Below are positions 52,629 through 62,365 of a stretch of DNA of 64,000 bases, in pieces. The stretch comes from a virus (Duplodnaviria > Caudoviricetes): positions 1-64,000 of the IMG/VR virus record IMGVR_UViG_3300037067_003221; one strand, given 5' to 3'. The notes beneath the pieces were generated by a model. It ran no database searches, had not been told where the DNA came from, and was given only the letters and a program-made list of their open reading frames with translations. How positions within the stretch are numbered: position 1 is the first letter of the stretch; every line of letters begins with the position of its first letter. The position numbers and the translations under genes were made by a program.

Positions 52629-53570
52629 TCAGACTGTCAAGGCAACCGCCCGCTTAATCTTGGATTTTTTCGCAAAATACTGGAAAAGTTCCGGCCCCAC
52701 TATACGGCGGATATTGTGTTCCTTGTTCTCTCCGAACCAACTCTCCAAAGTGTTAAAGCCGGTACTTTCGACACCATCGACAAAACGTGCATGGGTCTTA
52801 ATCCAGTTGCAAATTTCCGGGGCGTGTAAACTTCCCTCATGCCCCCGCACTTCCACCGTGCCGTGATCGTTATAGGCCGACCAATTGATAAACTGGTAAC
52901 GGTCCTGATAGGTGGAAAATTCGCTAAAATCTGCGAATCGCAGGATTTCGCTGCGATCATAACGCATCCCACGGCTGTAAGAATTATTGTCGCGCGACGG
53001 GTGTACCAATTGCTGCCAGTAGGGGTAGGTCAAGTGGTAGGCATACGCCGTATTGCGGCATTGCTCGACTGATTTACCACGCATATCCAAATGGATATGC
53101 AAACCGCACTGCCTATCGACTTGAAACTTTCGCTTGTGGGCAAGTCGGCAGAATTTGCGGATTTCTTCAAGGCCCTTGTCGCCCTGCAAAATTGGGGAAA
53201 CAAATTCAAGGCCGTTAATGCTACCATGCTCATGCACCCCGAACGTGGTATGATTGCGTAGTGACGTATGGCCGGGACAGTTGGAGGTTTCAAGTTCCAC
53301 GCCAAATTTTCTCTGGCTACGGGTTTCGTCAAACGTATTTTCTCGAACATCCGGGGTTGACGTATCCCACAACCATTCATCTTGGCAATCGACGTAGCAA
53401 TTGTAGCATAATCGGCGGTTGCCGAAACGGTTCATATCGCTCTTATAGCCGACATAGCCGCAACCAGAGCAAGTAAAGAAACTTGCTTTGAAGCACTCTT
53501 GGCAGTAGTATCGGTGATAATGATGATACCGTGTCGTTCTGATCGTTTTGCCGCAATAATTGCAATTCAT
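52629..53570 (-). CDS. Putative amidoligase with 4 N-terminal CxxC motifs
   Basis: FGVELE, GSI.G.EFVSPIL.G, CGLHIH, RY..IN, GTVEVR. Confidence 0.8.
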   Translation of the reverse strand: MNCNYCGKTIRTTRYHHYHRYYCQECFKASFFTCSGCGYVGYKSDMNRFGNRRLCYNCYVDCQDEWLWDTSTPDVRENTFDETRSQRKFGVELETSNCPGHTSLRNHTTFGVHEHGSINGLEFVSPILQGDKGLEEIRKFCRLAHKRKFQVDRQCGLHIHLDMRGKSVEQCRNTAYAYHLTYPYWQQLVHPSRDNNSYSRGMRYDRSEILRFADFSEFSTYQDRYQFINWSAYNDHGTVEVRGHEGSLHAPEICNWIKTHARFVDGVESTGFNTLESWFGENKEHNIRRIVGPELFQYFAKKSKIKRAVALTV

Positions 53571-54620
53571 ATCAAGTTCCAGTGTGCAGGGTTAGTTAGT
53601 CACTACTACAACTATACACTATTTTCCAGGGTTGTCAAGTCATTTTCGGAGCAAAATAAACCAATGAGTAATGTTTTCCATCCCATACCCATACAGATTT
53701 ACCAGGGCTAATAACAGGTTTATTCGTAAATGGACCGCTAATAATCCCAGGGTGGTCGGGGTTTATGCCGATACCAATATAGTAGCTAGGGACTAATTCA
53801 CTTTTGGCCGTTGCTACTATATCTTCAATCGCCACTTGCAGGGCGGCATCCCGCTCACTTAGACTTGCTTGAATCAAGTCCCATAGGTTGCAATACTCGG
53901 CAGACCCTCCGAATGGCCCCATCGAATGCTGGTGTTTATACAGTAAGTGACGGGCGTATTCGAGCGTTAGTTTTGTTAAATCGTCCATTTACCCTCCAAT
54001 GTGGCAGTGACCGCACCAATACCAGAAATGTCCGTCACGACAGCTAAGAACCTTATAAATGGCACGGTCGCCACAATCGCCACACACCCGTTCAGGTGAG
54101 CAAGACGTTAGCACAACTGGCAGCCCTTCCATGTTCATTACGAATATCTCGGTAAAACCCGTTGCATTCATGCAATGGATTCTAACCTTTTCATCGGAGA
54201 AAGGCGGAAGCGTTACAATTAGGTCCATGATTATCTTGATAACCTCCGTAAGCAAATATACAGGTAGGCGGGGTCATACGGTTGCGGATTGCCTTCGATG
54301 TAAACCTGACCCCGGAATATGGTTCTGACCCGGCCAAACACGCCAGACCCTTTAACCAGCAAACCACTAATATCCTTACCCATCAGGATAACAGTTTTTA
54401 ACGATAGGCTACCCATATTGCCGTTCATACTCTTTGGTTTTCCAGCAAACTATCGTCACATATTGTGCCAATAGCCGACTATCATCAAGATTGTCTTTGC
54501 CGTGGAAGTGTTGAATATAGCAAGAGGCGGCATCGAATACTTCGGGAGTATCCGCGCACCACCACAAGCCATGAGCAATTTCGATTGCTTCTTTCAATAG
54601 TGCTTTATCGTATTTCATAG

Positions 54621-54763
54621 TGGACCTTGGAGGCTCGAACTCCCAACAGTCGGCAAAGGTCTGCTTAAAAGCTATTTTCTAGCTATCTCAGACAATCCCG
54701 GTCGATCATTCCGGTAGGCTCCGAGTGTCAGCTTTCATCACCGTCTTGCGACCATGCAGGCCC
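54621..54763 (-). ncRNA. tRNA-like RNA with Ala-type acceptor end (tmRNA tRNA-like-domain mimic)
   Basis: GGGCCT/AGGTCC-A with G3:U70 and A73; T-arm GGAG-TTCGAGC-CTCC; internal hairpins; 3 nt downstream of tRNA-Glu. Confidence 0.55.
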
Positions 54764-54766
54764 AAG

Positions 54767-54838
54767 TACCCCGTGCGAGAATCGAACTCGCGCTATGAGA
54801 TTGAAGGTCTCATGTCCTAACCGTTAGACCAACGGGGC
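54767..54838 (-). tRNA. tRNA-Glu(TTC) with atypical C33
   Basis: GCCCCGT/ACGGGGT acceptor, arm TGAGA-CCTTCAA-TCTCA, short variable loop, GTTCGA. Confidence 0.85.
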
Positions 54839-54841
54839 GTA

Positions 54842-54939
54842 TGCAGCCGTATGGGGGGTGTCACCCCGCCACAACCCTGCTACGGGAGTCATAACCGCCG
54901 AGCAAAGACACAGTAAGCTATCAACCTACTGCCGACTAC
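54842..54939 (-). ncRNA. Cloverleaf-like RNA at the head of the tRNA-Glu transcript
   Basis: 7-bp stem GTAGTCG/CGGCTGC plus A enclosing three hairpins; same 5' GTAGTCGGC as 49555-49681. Confidence 0.6.
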
Positions 54940-55084
54940 ATTTCAACTATACCATAGTTTAGGCGATTGTCAAGCAGAAAATTCAAGAATCGATTGTAGT
55001 GGTCATCGGGGTCAAGTGGCGATCCAACCGCGAAGATCGCTGGACCCCGACAATCAGAATAACCGTGCAAAAGAAAACGGCCAG

Positions 55085-55369
55085 TTAAAAGCCGTCAATA
55101 TCGACCGCATGGCGAAGATTGCTACTAAACCTACAATCGACACAATGAGAAGATAGGTCGCAGGCACGACAACTGCTACAAGCATCACAATTTACACATA
55201 TATCGCAATCAATACAACCAATGCAATCGTTGCAGTTGCGACAATCAATACAACTATTACAACCATAGCACTCAGTACAGTTGTGACAACTATCGCAGTC
55301 AGTACAATCTCTGCAATTGTAGCAATTGAGGCATCGAGTACAATTGACATTCCCGTGTTCGTCAGGCAT
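55085..55369 (-). CDS. CxxCxxC-repeat protein
   Basis: MPDEHGNVNCTRCLNC... Confidence 0.75.
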   Translation of the reverse strand: MPDEHGNVNCTRCLNCYNCRDCTDCDSCHNCTECYGCNSCIDCRNCNDCIGCIDCDICVNCDACSSCRACDLSSHCVDCRFSSNLRHAVDIDGF

Positions 55370-55673
55370 GTTTCATCCTCCACGCACAACCGTTGCAATA
55401 CTCGCAATAGTCGCTGCCCTGCAAATCGCACGTACTGGTAATATCGCGGCAAACGTGCGAATGCACACAATCGTCAAGGTTGTAGGCCCAGGTGCAATCA
55501 ATGCAATTGTTCGACGTATCAAGGCGGTAACAGTCTTTGCAGCCGTGGCAATTGACGCAAGAAACACAGTGATTGCAGTCCGTGCAATTATGGCAACCTA
55601 CGCAACTCTCGCAGTCAGTACAGTTGCGACAATCGATACACCCGTGGCAATTTATATTTCCGTTTTCATCCAT
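55362..55673 (-). CDS. CxxCxxC-repeat protein
   Basis: MDENGNINCHGCIDC... Confidence 0.75.
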   Translation of the reverse strand: MDENGNINCHGCIDCRNCTDCESCVGCHNCTDCNHCVSCVNCHGCKDCYRLDTSNNCIDCTWAYNLDDCVHSHVCRDITSTCDLQGSDYCEYCNGCAWRMKHA

Positions 55674-55907
55674 TTAATTGTTTCGCAGGAAAGAAAAGGC
55701 TCTTGTAATTCGGAGGCAACGGACACAGGATGAACAACTAATACACTCAATACAGAAGTGACAATCTTCGCATCCGACACAACCCCGACACTGGTTACAG
55801 TCCGTGCAATGATCGCATCCGATGCAATTCGTGCAGTCGGTGCAATTAAAGCAATCACGGCAATTCACACAATTGACATTGCCATTTTCATCGGGTTGTC
55901 GGCTCAT
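55674..55907 (-). CDS. CxxCxxC-repeat protein
   Basis: MSRQPDENGNVNCVNC... Confidence 0.75.
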   Translation of the reverse strand: MSRQPDENGNVNCVNCRDCFNCTDCTNCIGCDHCTDCNQCRGCVGCEDCHFCIECISCSSCVRCLRITRAFSFLRNN

Positions 55908-56163
55908 TGCGAGTACAATCAAACTTCTCTAGGAGTCTCAGGCATTTTTTACAGTAGTTGCATAGGCGGCATTGTATCGAGAATGAACAAAACCAGCAAT
56001 CGACACACCCGCGACAGTCTCGACAATCATCGCACCTAACGCACCCGATACAGCCCCAGCAACTATTGCAGCCAACGCAGTTTTCACAGTTGACACAATT
56101 CGTGCAGCCGGGGCAGTTGATACAGCCGATGTTTCCGTTTTCGTCTTTCACCCGGCCCGGCAT
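55888..56163 (-). CDS. CxxCxxC-repeat protein
   Basis: MPGRVKDENGNIGCINC... Confidence 0.75.
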   Translation of the reverse strand: MPGRVKDENGNIGCINCPGCTNCVNCENCVGCNSCWGCIGCVRCDDCRDCRGCVDCWFCSFSIQCRLCNYCKKCLRLLEKFDCTRNEPTTR

Positions 56164-56316
56164 ATCACAATCCCATGCTGATCGGTCAAAATGATATTCT
56201 CATTCGCCAAATTCAGGAATAGGTTGTAATAGAACCTAATCGCATCGGAGGGCAAATCGAACTCAATTTTGTGCCGGTTCCCGGCGTAAGTGTATGATAG
56301 TTTGAACATATCTCAA

Positions 56317-59132
56317 TTATACCTTAGTATGCTGAGAAGTCAAGAATTTCTGTGCCTCATTCCACCATGCCCGGAACATTTCCAGAGCATAGACCCCGGC
56401 ATCCTGCTTAATCAGCGAAAGCGGCGTATCTTCCGGGTAGGAATTGCCGGTAAATACATCGTCACCATTCAGATACATATCTAAGTGAATGAGTCCAGTT
56501 ATCAACTGTTCGACTTGGCAACGGAATGGTCCGATTTCAAACGAGTCGATTATTTCCGAACCATCCCACATTCCAGCTTTCATGGCGTGTACTCCAAAAC
56601 GGCTTCAAGTTCGTTCTCCATGATACATTGCTGCATCAAGTGGGACATTTCGCGGGGGCTAAACCCCTGCAATACCCACCGTTGAAACAGCGGTAGCACC
56701 ACGGCGTTAAGTTCGTTATACAGTTTCGCCCCGTCGTTAGTGAAGCGAAGATCGGTAGGTGAAAATAGCGGTTTCATTAAATCCCCTCACAATGGTCGTT
56801 GTGAAATTCCTCAAGACCCCGAACCACGGCACTGTTCAACTTACGCAACTCTTCGACATAATCGTTAATCATGCCGCCGTCGCGGGCAACAGCCCCGGCC
56901 ATATCGCATACGTGAATCTGCCGCATCAGCAGCCTACGCACTTTCGGCATTTCCCGCATCGTGGGAATAATCAAAGAGGCTTGCGCCTTGCGGGCAACCG
57001 CTTCAAGTTGTTCAACGTGAGTCATCGGGTTAATCTCTTTATGTGAATGTCGATAGCGTCGCGCAACTCATACAGCGTAGCCGCGCGTGTTTCTTCGCTT
57101 ACTTTACGGTCAAACGAAAATCGTTCTACCGCGAGAAATACGTCAGACATTTTTTCGGCAAGTTCAACAATCTCTTCAACCATGATTCATCGTAAATGAT
57201 TTCGAGTTTTCGGACAGTAACATGGACAGGAAAATCGGGGCAAAATAGCGGGGTGCCGTATCGAGTCGGCTCAATCGCTTGTTGCTTGGCTTTGGGGATT
57301 CGCTTTTCAGCGTCCCGTTCGCTAGTAAAAACGGTTGACGTTCGGAGCGACTTGTGACCGTCGCCCACTAGGCCGTCGGTCCCCTCGATTTCAAGTTGAT
57401 AAACATATTTCATGGCAGCACCACGTTTGCTACATCCCTAGTGGAGAGTATCGCACCCTCAGAATCGGCTGTTAAAATTCGCATCAAATCATTGTAGGTA
57501 GTAAATGAATGCTCACGGGTAGCACGGTAAAAGCGGCGGGATGTAGCAATCATAAATGGTGAAGTATGATTTTCTACCCAAAAACGATATACCTCTTCGC
57601 TAATATACCCGCCGTTGAAAAACCCCGTCAGATATAATTTTCCATTTTCTCGTAACTCGAATGCCCAACAATGCGGGCTTTCCGACTCACACAAATCAAC
57701 TTGTACGCCGTGAAACTTGGCAATCAGAATGTTTTCTACATCCTCTAACCACTTTGCCGGGCGCAACGGAATACGGAATTGGTCGGCTATACTCATTTCG
57801 GGGTTCCCATAACGCCACCTTTATAGAGGCGTACTTTCGTGAAATTGAACGGGTCCGAAAACCGCTTCATATTGAACAACTGGCATAACCGGCTACGGAT
57901 AACCTCGACGGAATCATCGGCCCGGTTAATCGTTCGCATCCAACCATCCATATCGGAAGTCAGATAGAAGATTTCCCCTTCCCCGGCGATATACTCCGCA
58001 CAGATGCCGATGATTTCCTTATGGCCGTCGCCGTCAATAACGCCGATTGCCACCTTAAAATCCTTGTCATCGTCCAACGCCGACCAAATAAGGGCGGCGG
58101 GATGCTGCGAAGAATCAACCGGCTCATTGTCCTGTACCAGCACAAAGTAGGGTTCGGATACCATAAGTTCACCCGGAACGTCACAGTCTTGTAAGTGAGT
58201 AATCATATTCAATTATACACCACGCCGGGCGAAAGTCAAATTATTTTCTGGCAAATTTGTTGAAGAACCCTGAATCGGGGCCATACACAAACCCATCGTG
58301 AGTATCTTTACCCCAAGTGGGTTCCATTTCGATAGCCGTCGGCGGGAGAATAAAGTCATCCCGATTCAATGTCAATGTCAACGCCGTACTCAATGCCTTT
58401 GCTTCATACCGGGCGGGGCCAATCTGCTTAGTGATTGTTACCGGCCCGCGAATCAGGATTGCGGCAAGGCCCGGCCCAAAGCGGTAAACGCTGCATTTCA
58501 GGTACACTTGCCGACCGACAAGCGAAAAGTTTTGAGTGATTACGAATGACATAGTTCAAACCTCGATCTTGGAACGACTCCCACCCACATAGGGAAGGCG
58601 ATAGCAAACCAACCGGGGAAAGGTTCCCCGATGATACGACCCCGATAGAACTCACCATCGAAAGGTTCGATAAAAATCACAGTTTCGCCTAGCATGGCAC
58701 AACCCTCAAGCCGATCAAATCATTATCGGGCAACGCCCCGCGAGCGAAGAAACATTGGAGGATTGTCTTGACGGAGGCAACAACACTTTCGGCACCCTCG
58801 ACATAATGAAAACATTCCGGGCAGTTAGGATTAGCGCCATATACGCGATAACCCCGCTTACCCCATTGGCTTGGCTTATTGCCAAGATCAATAACGGCCA
58901 CATCTTCTCGGCAACCGTCAATGTCGGCCTGAACCAACCACATTTGCAAATCCCACCGATGAAACCCCTCCAATAACATTTCGGGAGTGTCGGCTATGGC
59001 AAGCAACGTATCCTCTTTATTCGCTATTTCACGCAAGAAGAATCTAATCATTGTTTCCCTTAATATCGGAGGTAAAGAAAAATGCCTCACCATCGGATAA
59101 CGGCGGCAGTGGTTTTCGGCCCTTATCGACAA
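56317..59132 (-). other. Run of small hypothetical CDSs
   Basis: Abutting minus-strand ORFs of 65-150 aa. Confidence 0.55.
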
Positions 59133-59602
59133 TCTTGATAAATTGGACCAGCCACATAACGCATAGTGCGACTATAAGCACTTGCAGGATCGTAAGAAAC
59201 ATTATGAATACTCCTATGACATTCCGGCCCAAAGCCGTCGATATGCTCGGTAACTTTACGCCCGCACTTTCCGCACCGGCCTGCCCATTCGATAGCATAA
59301 CCAGCGGGCAACTTATCAACCCAAATACATTTCAACGCCCACGCCACGATATTGTACATCAATTCGCCGTGTCGAAAGCGGCTTGTTCGGGTAGTAGCAA
59401 TACGCCCGTTGTCAAGCATCATGCCCACATACTGGTACTCTTTCAGCGGGGCATCGTGATCGCTTACCGTAATCCAGTAAGGTTTCGGCATACCCGCGCG
59501 AGGCCGTCCCAATTGCACCCTTACATAAAAGGTTGTGCCGTTAGGATTGCTCACCGTAAAGACGGCGTTACCAGCGTGTAGATATTCAGGTGTTATTTTC
59601 AT
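59123..59602 (-). CDS. Hypothetical protein with C-terminal Zn finger (DUF6011-like)
   Basis: GRCGKCGR..T....GFGPEC. Confidence 0.55.
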   Translation of the reverse strand: MKITPEYLHAGNAVFTVSNPNGTTFYVRVQLGRPRAGMPKPYWITVSDHDAPLKEYQYVGMMLDNGRIATTRTSRFRHGELMYNIVAWALKCIWVDKLPAGYAIEWAGRCGKCGRKVTEHIDGFGPECHRSIHNVSYDPASAYSRTMRYVAGPIYQDCR

Positions 59603-59698
59603 GGTCTATACTCAATTATACACTATGTTTCACTGGTTGTCAAGTCAATCTTGTTGCCAATAAAAATGCCCCCTTGCGGGGGCTACTCTTGCGAAGCA

Positions 59699-59875
59699 TT
59701 AGCGGCACGAATCCACTTCGTCACATTCGTCACAATCTTCGTTTTCGTCATCCTGCATTTCACGGCGGGGGCGGGCAAGTCGGCTTGTGGAGTCATTGCC
59801 ACGCCGACGCTTGCTAATCCAGTACCTCACAAGGGGGAAGTCGCCAAGAAGCAATTTCAGCCCCTCCCACTTCAT
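59699..59875 (-). CDS. 58-aa ORF resembling the missing C-terminus of the upstream amidoligase
   Basis: MKWEGLKLLLGDFPLVRYW...; ATGA overlap and GAGGGAG RBS. Confidence 0.5.
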   Translation of the reverse strand: MKWEGLKLLLGDFPLVRYWISKRRRGNDSTSRLARPRREMQDDENEDCDECDEVDSCR

Positions 59876-60798
59876 GTTATTGCTCCCTCGAAATAGGCAT
59901 CAAGTTCGTCAAGGGTTTTGGTTGCGGCCCAGTCACAAAACCGGGTATGGATTTTAATCCAGTTGCAAATTTCCGCCTTGTCAATGCTCCCCTGATAGAG
60001 GCGGATTTCATACGTGCCGTGCCGGTTGTAGGCAGTCAGGTTGCACAACTCGTAACGATTTTGACTGTCGCAGTAGTCGCGCCAATCATGCGCCCGCTCG
60101 ACATTACCACGGGTCCGGGTTGACGGGCGGCAATAGGTGCAATTGTCGGCCCGAAACGGGTCAGCCAGCTTACGCCAAGCCTTATCCGTAAGCAGATAGG
60201 CATAGGCAATTGACTTCAAGGAATCGGCATTTTCGTCCCGCATATCCAAGTGGATATGCAAGCCGCAATCGCTATCAACCGACCAACCTTGTTCGCGGGC
60301 ATTGTCACAAAAACGCTCAATCTCGGCAAGCCCTTCATCCCCGTACAAAATGGGGGAGATAAATTCCATGCCACTAATGGAGCAATCATATTTCGCCCCA
60401 AACAGGGTGTTGTTTCGGAGGGTGCGATAACCGGCACAAGTGGCGGTTTCGATTTCCACGCCAAACTTTCGTTTGCTTCCGATAACCCCGTAGTTGGCAA
60501 TGGCAACATCCATCGGGGTGGGATTCCAAACATTCAGCCGGTCACGGCAGTTTCGGCAGATACGAACGACTTCGCCCGTGTCATGCTCAAAATTGTAACC
60601 GTCGAAATTTTCATTCAACGTGCCACATTCAGCACAGAGGAAATGCCGCTCTGCATAGCATCGCGGGCACCACCAATTTCTGTAGGAATCGGCAACGCAA
60701 TCGTTGAAAGACCCGCCGCAACAACGGCATCGTTGCGTTTCGGTTGTACGCCGGAGAGTTGGGCGTTCAAGTACCGGGGCATTGGTTAAAGCTGGCAT
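59872..60798 (-). CDS. Putative amidoligase with 4 N-terminal CxxC motifs
   Basis: FGVEIE, DCSISG.EFISPIL.G, CGLHIH, GTYEIR. Confidence 0.8.
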   Translation of the reverse strand: MPALTNAPVLERPTLRRTTETQRCRCCGGSFNDCVADSYRNWWCPRCYAERHFLCAECGTLNENFDGYNFEHDTGEVVRICRNCRDRLNVWNPTPMDVAIANYGVIGSKRKFGVEIETATCAGYRTLRNNTLFGAKYDCSISGMEFISPILYGDEGLAEIERFCDNAREQGWSVDSDCGLHIHLDMRDENADSLKSIAYAYLLTDKAWRKLADPFRADNCTYCRPSTRTRGNVERAHDWRDYCDSQNRYELCNLTAYNRHGTYEIRLYQGSIDKAEICNWIKIHTRFCDWAATKTLDELDAYFEGAIT

Positions 60799-60920
60799 TA
60801 CGTTCTCCGCAAGAGGAATGTTTTAGTATATTAAAAGTATAGCACAGATTTTGTGATTGTCAAATTAAAATTTAGTCAGAGGGGGCGGCACGATTGCCGC
60901 CCCCTCAATCGACCTGACAA

Positions 60921-61826
60921 TTATTCGATCTTGGAATGTTCGCTTTCGCAAGCGTAGCTATCCCACGCATCCCGCCATTCGCCGTCGTAGTCACGCGCGG
61001 CCTCTTCCGATTTATCCTTCTTACTGGAATCCTTCTTGCTATCGTAATAGTACGTACTACCCGTAGCATCGTAATCGTCATGTTCGTAAGTGGTATAGCC
61101 CTTACGCTTCCAGTTATTCGTATTGGAACAACCGTACTTGCGGGTCCAATAATCCGGGGCAGCCGAGGTAAAGCCTGCCACCTTTTCCATTTCCACAACA
61201 CCCTCTTTGAGGGAGAACTTCATCGTTTCCCCTTCCGCGAGAGTCACAAAATTTTCGGTATGACCGACCACGCTTTCCAGGTGGGACCACGCCGAAGAAT
61301 AGTAATAAGTACCATTCTCGTCACAAGCGATAGACAGATCGCCATTGTGAACTTGCAGATAAAAGGATTCGCCGTCAAACCAGCTAACACCCCAATATCC
61401 GGTAATTTCGCCCCACGCCGTTTGATAATCGCCTTTCGCTTTGTTCAGCGTGTCGAATAACATTTGCGAATCGACCACATAGCCGGTCGGGGCGTCGATC
61501 ATACCGTTATGCGCCCCGATGATATTGCCGTATCGAAACGGGTGGCTGTTTTGACGGTTGACTTTGCCACGGGTGGCATAGCGAGTATGACCCGCGATAA
61601 ACCACGCCTTTTCGCGCTTTTCGTTGCCGTTCAAAGAGTCTCGCAACCAATTGGTCACGTTTTCCTTGCGTAACGCTTCCGATGGGTCGGCGGCAGTCTT
61701 AATCATCTTGCCGGTCGAATCGAAGAACCCGATGCTATCGGTTCCACGCTCACGATTCGCCCACGCCAACGCCTTGACGTTGCCAAGGTTCCAATTAGTT
61801 CCAATCGCTCCGAAAATTCCACACAT
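60921..61826 (-). CDS. Class II (Ntn) glutamine amidotransferase
   Basis: MCGIFG, RG.DS.G, GHTRYAT.G, NSHPF, AHNG, VDS. Confidence 0.9.
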   Translation of the reverse strand: MCGIFGAIGTNWNLGNVKALAWANRERGTDSIGFFDSTGKMIKTAADPSEALRKENVTNWLRDSLNGNEKREKAWFIAGHTRYATRGKVNRQNSHPFRYGNIIGAHNGMIDAPTGYVVDSQMLFDTLNKAKGDYQTAWGEITGYWGVSWFDGESFYLQVHNGDLSIACDENGTYYYSSAWSHLESVVGHTENFVTLAEGETMKFSLKEGVVEMEKVAGFTSAAPDYWTRKYGCSNTNNWKRKGYTTYEHDDYDATGSTYYYDSKKDSSKKDKSEEAARDYDGEWRDAWDSYACESEHSKIE

Positions 61827-61850
61827 GAATTAGATTCCTTTTACAACCAG

Positions 61851-61932
61851 TACAGTGATGATTCGCTAAGTTTACTACAAACTCAGTCTTGCGAACTAGG
61901 GCGGGCTGTTGTGTCACTCGCCCCTCACTATA
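61851..61932 (-). promoter_or_regulatory. Structured 5' leader (three-way junction) of the amidotransferase gene
   Basis: P1 TATAGTGA/TCACTGTA, P2 GGGGCG/CGCCCT, P3 GTTCG..CTGAGTTT/AAACTTAG..CGAAT. Confidence 0.5.
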
Positions 61933-62000
61933 TTAACTATACCACATTTTGAGCAAAAGTCAAATGATTTTTTCAAAATACCCCGTAGGTAGCACCACCA

Positions 62001-62198
62001 TTAGGTTCGTGGTGCATTCAACCAATCGGCACCGTATTCTTTCATTAACCGGCCACATAAGACCGTAATTTCATCGCAACGGGCAATAGGTAGGCCGGTC
62101 ATGTATTCAATGTCATAACCCTGTTGACCGTCAAGACAGTCAAGCAAGGCATAAACGGCTTGTCTCGCAAGGTCGGCATCGATAGGTTTGTTGCTCAT
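62001..62198 (-). CDS. Hypothetical protein, leaderless
   Basis: ATG 6 nt after TATAGT. Confidence 0.6.
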   Translation of the reverse strand: MSNKPIDADLARQAVYALLDCLDGQQGYDIEYMTGLPIARCDEITVLCGRLMKEYGADWLNAPRT

Positions 62199-62365
62199 AC
62201 TTTAACTATACCATGTTTTCGGCGAAAGTCAAGAGAAAAATTAAAAATCGATTGTGACGGTCATCGGGGTCGAGTGGTCGGAACTCACCGTGGACCCCGA
62301 CAATCGGATAATCTAGCGCAAAGAAAAGGCCGGGAGGGGCAGCTTCCCGGCCAGCACACTAGGAA

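Larger units (their letters stand above)
34329..62302. repeat. Dispersed inverted-repeat element, at least 9 copies (RTCGGGGTC-spacer-GACCCCGAYAAT)
   Basis: Left half-sites at ~34341, 36322, 38068, 40521, 42237, 43083, 49739, 55005, 62263; mostly between a terminator and the next promoter. Confidence 0.85.

Noticed and set aside
54726-54742. Box C/D-like GTGATGA...CTGA suggesting a TIGR-type guide unit
   Set aside because: Single occurrence, no tandem array and no Nop-domain protein recognised
54767-54838. Reading the loop CCTTCAA as a TCA opal-suppressor anticodon
   Set aside because: The stem register places TTC at 34-36 and the tRNA body is Glu-like
55085-56163. Diversity-generating retroelement behind the variable Cys-repeat genes
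   Set aside because: No reverse transcriptase and no template/variable repeat pair differing only at adenines seen in the window
34329-62302. Inverted elements with ~29-nt unique spacers as CRISPR or guide arrays
   Set aside because: Arms are inverted and dispersed rather than direct and tandem; no cas or other effector gene recognised
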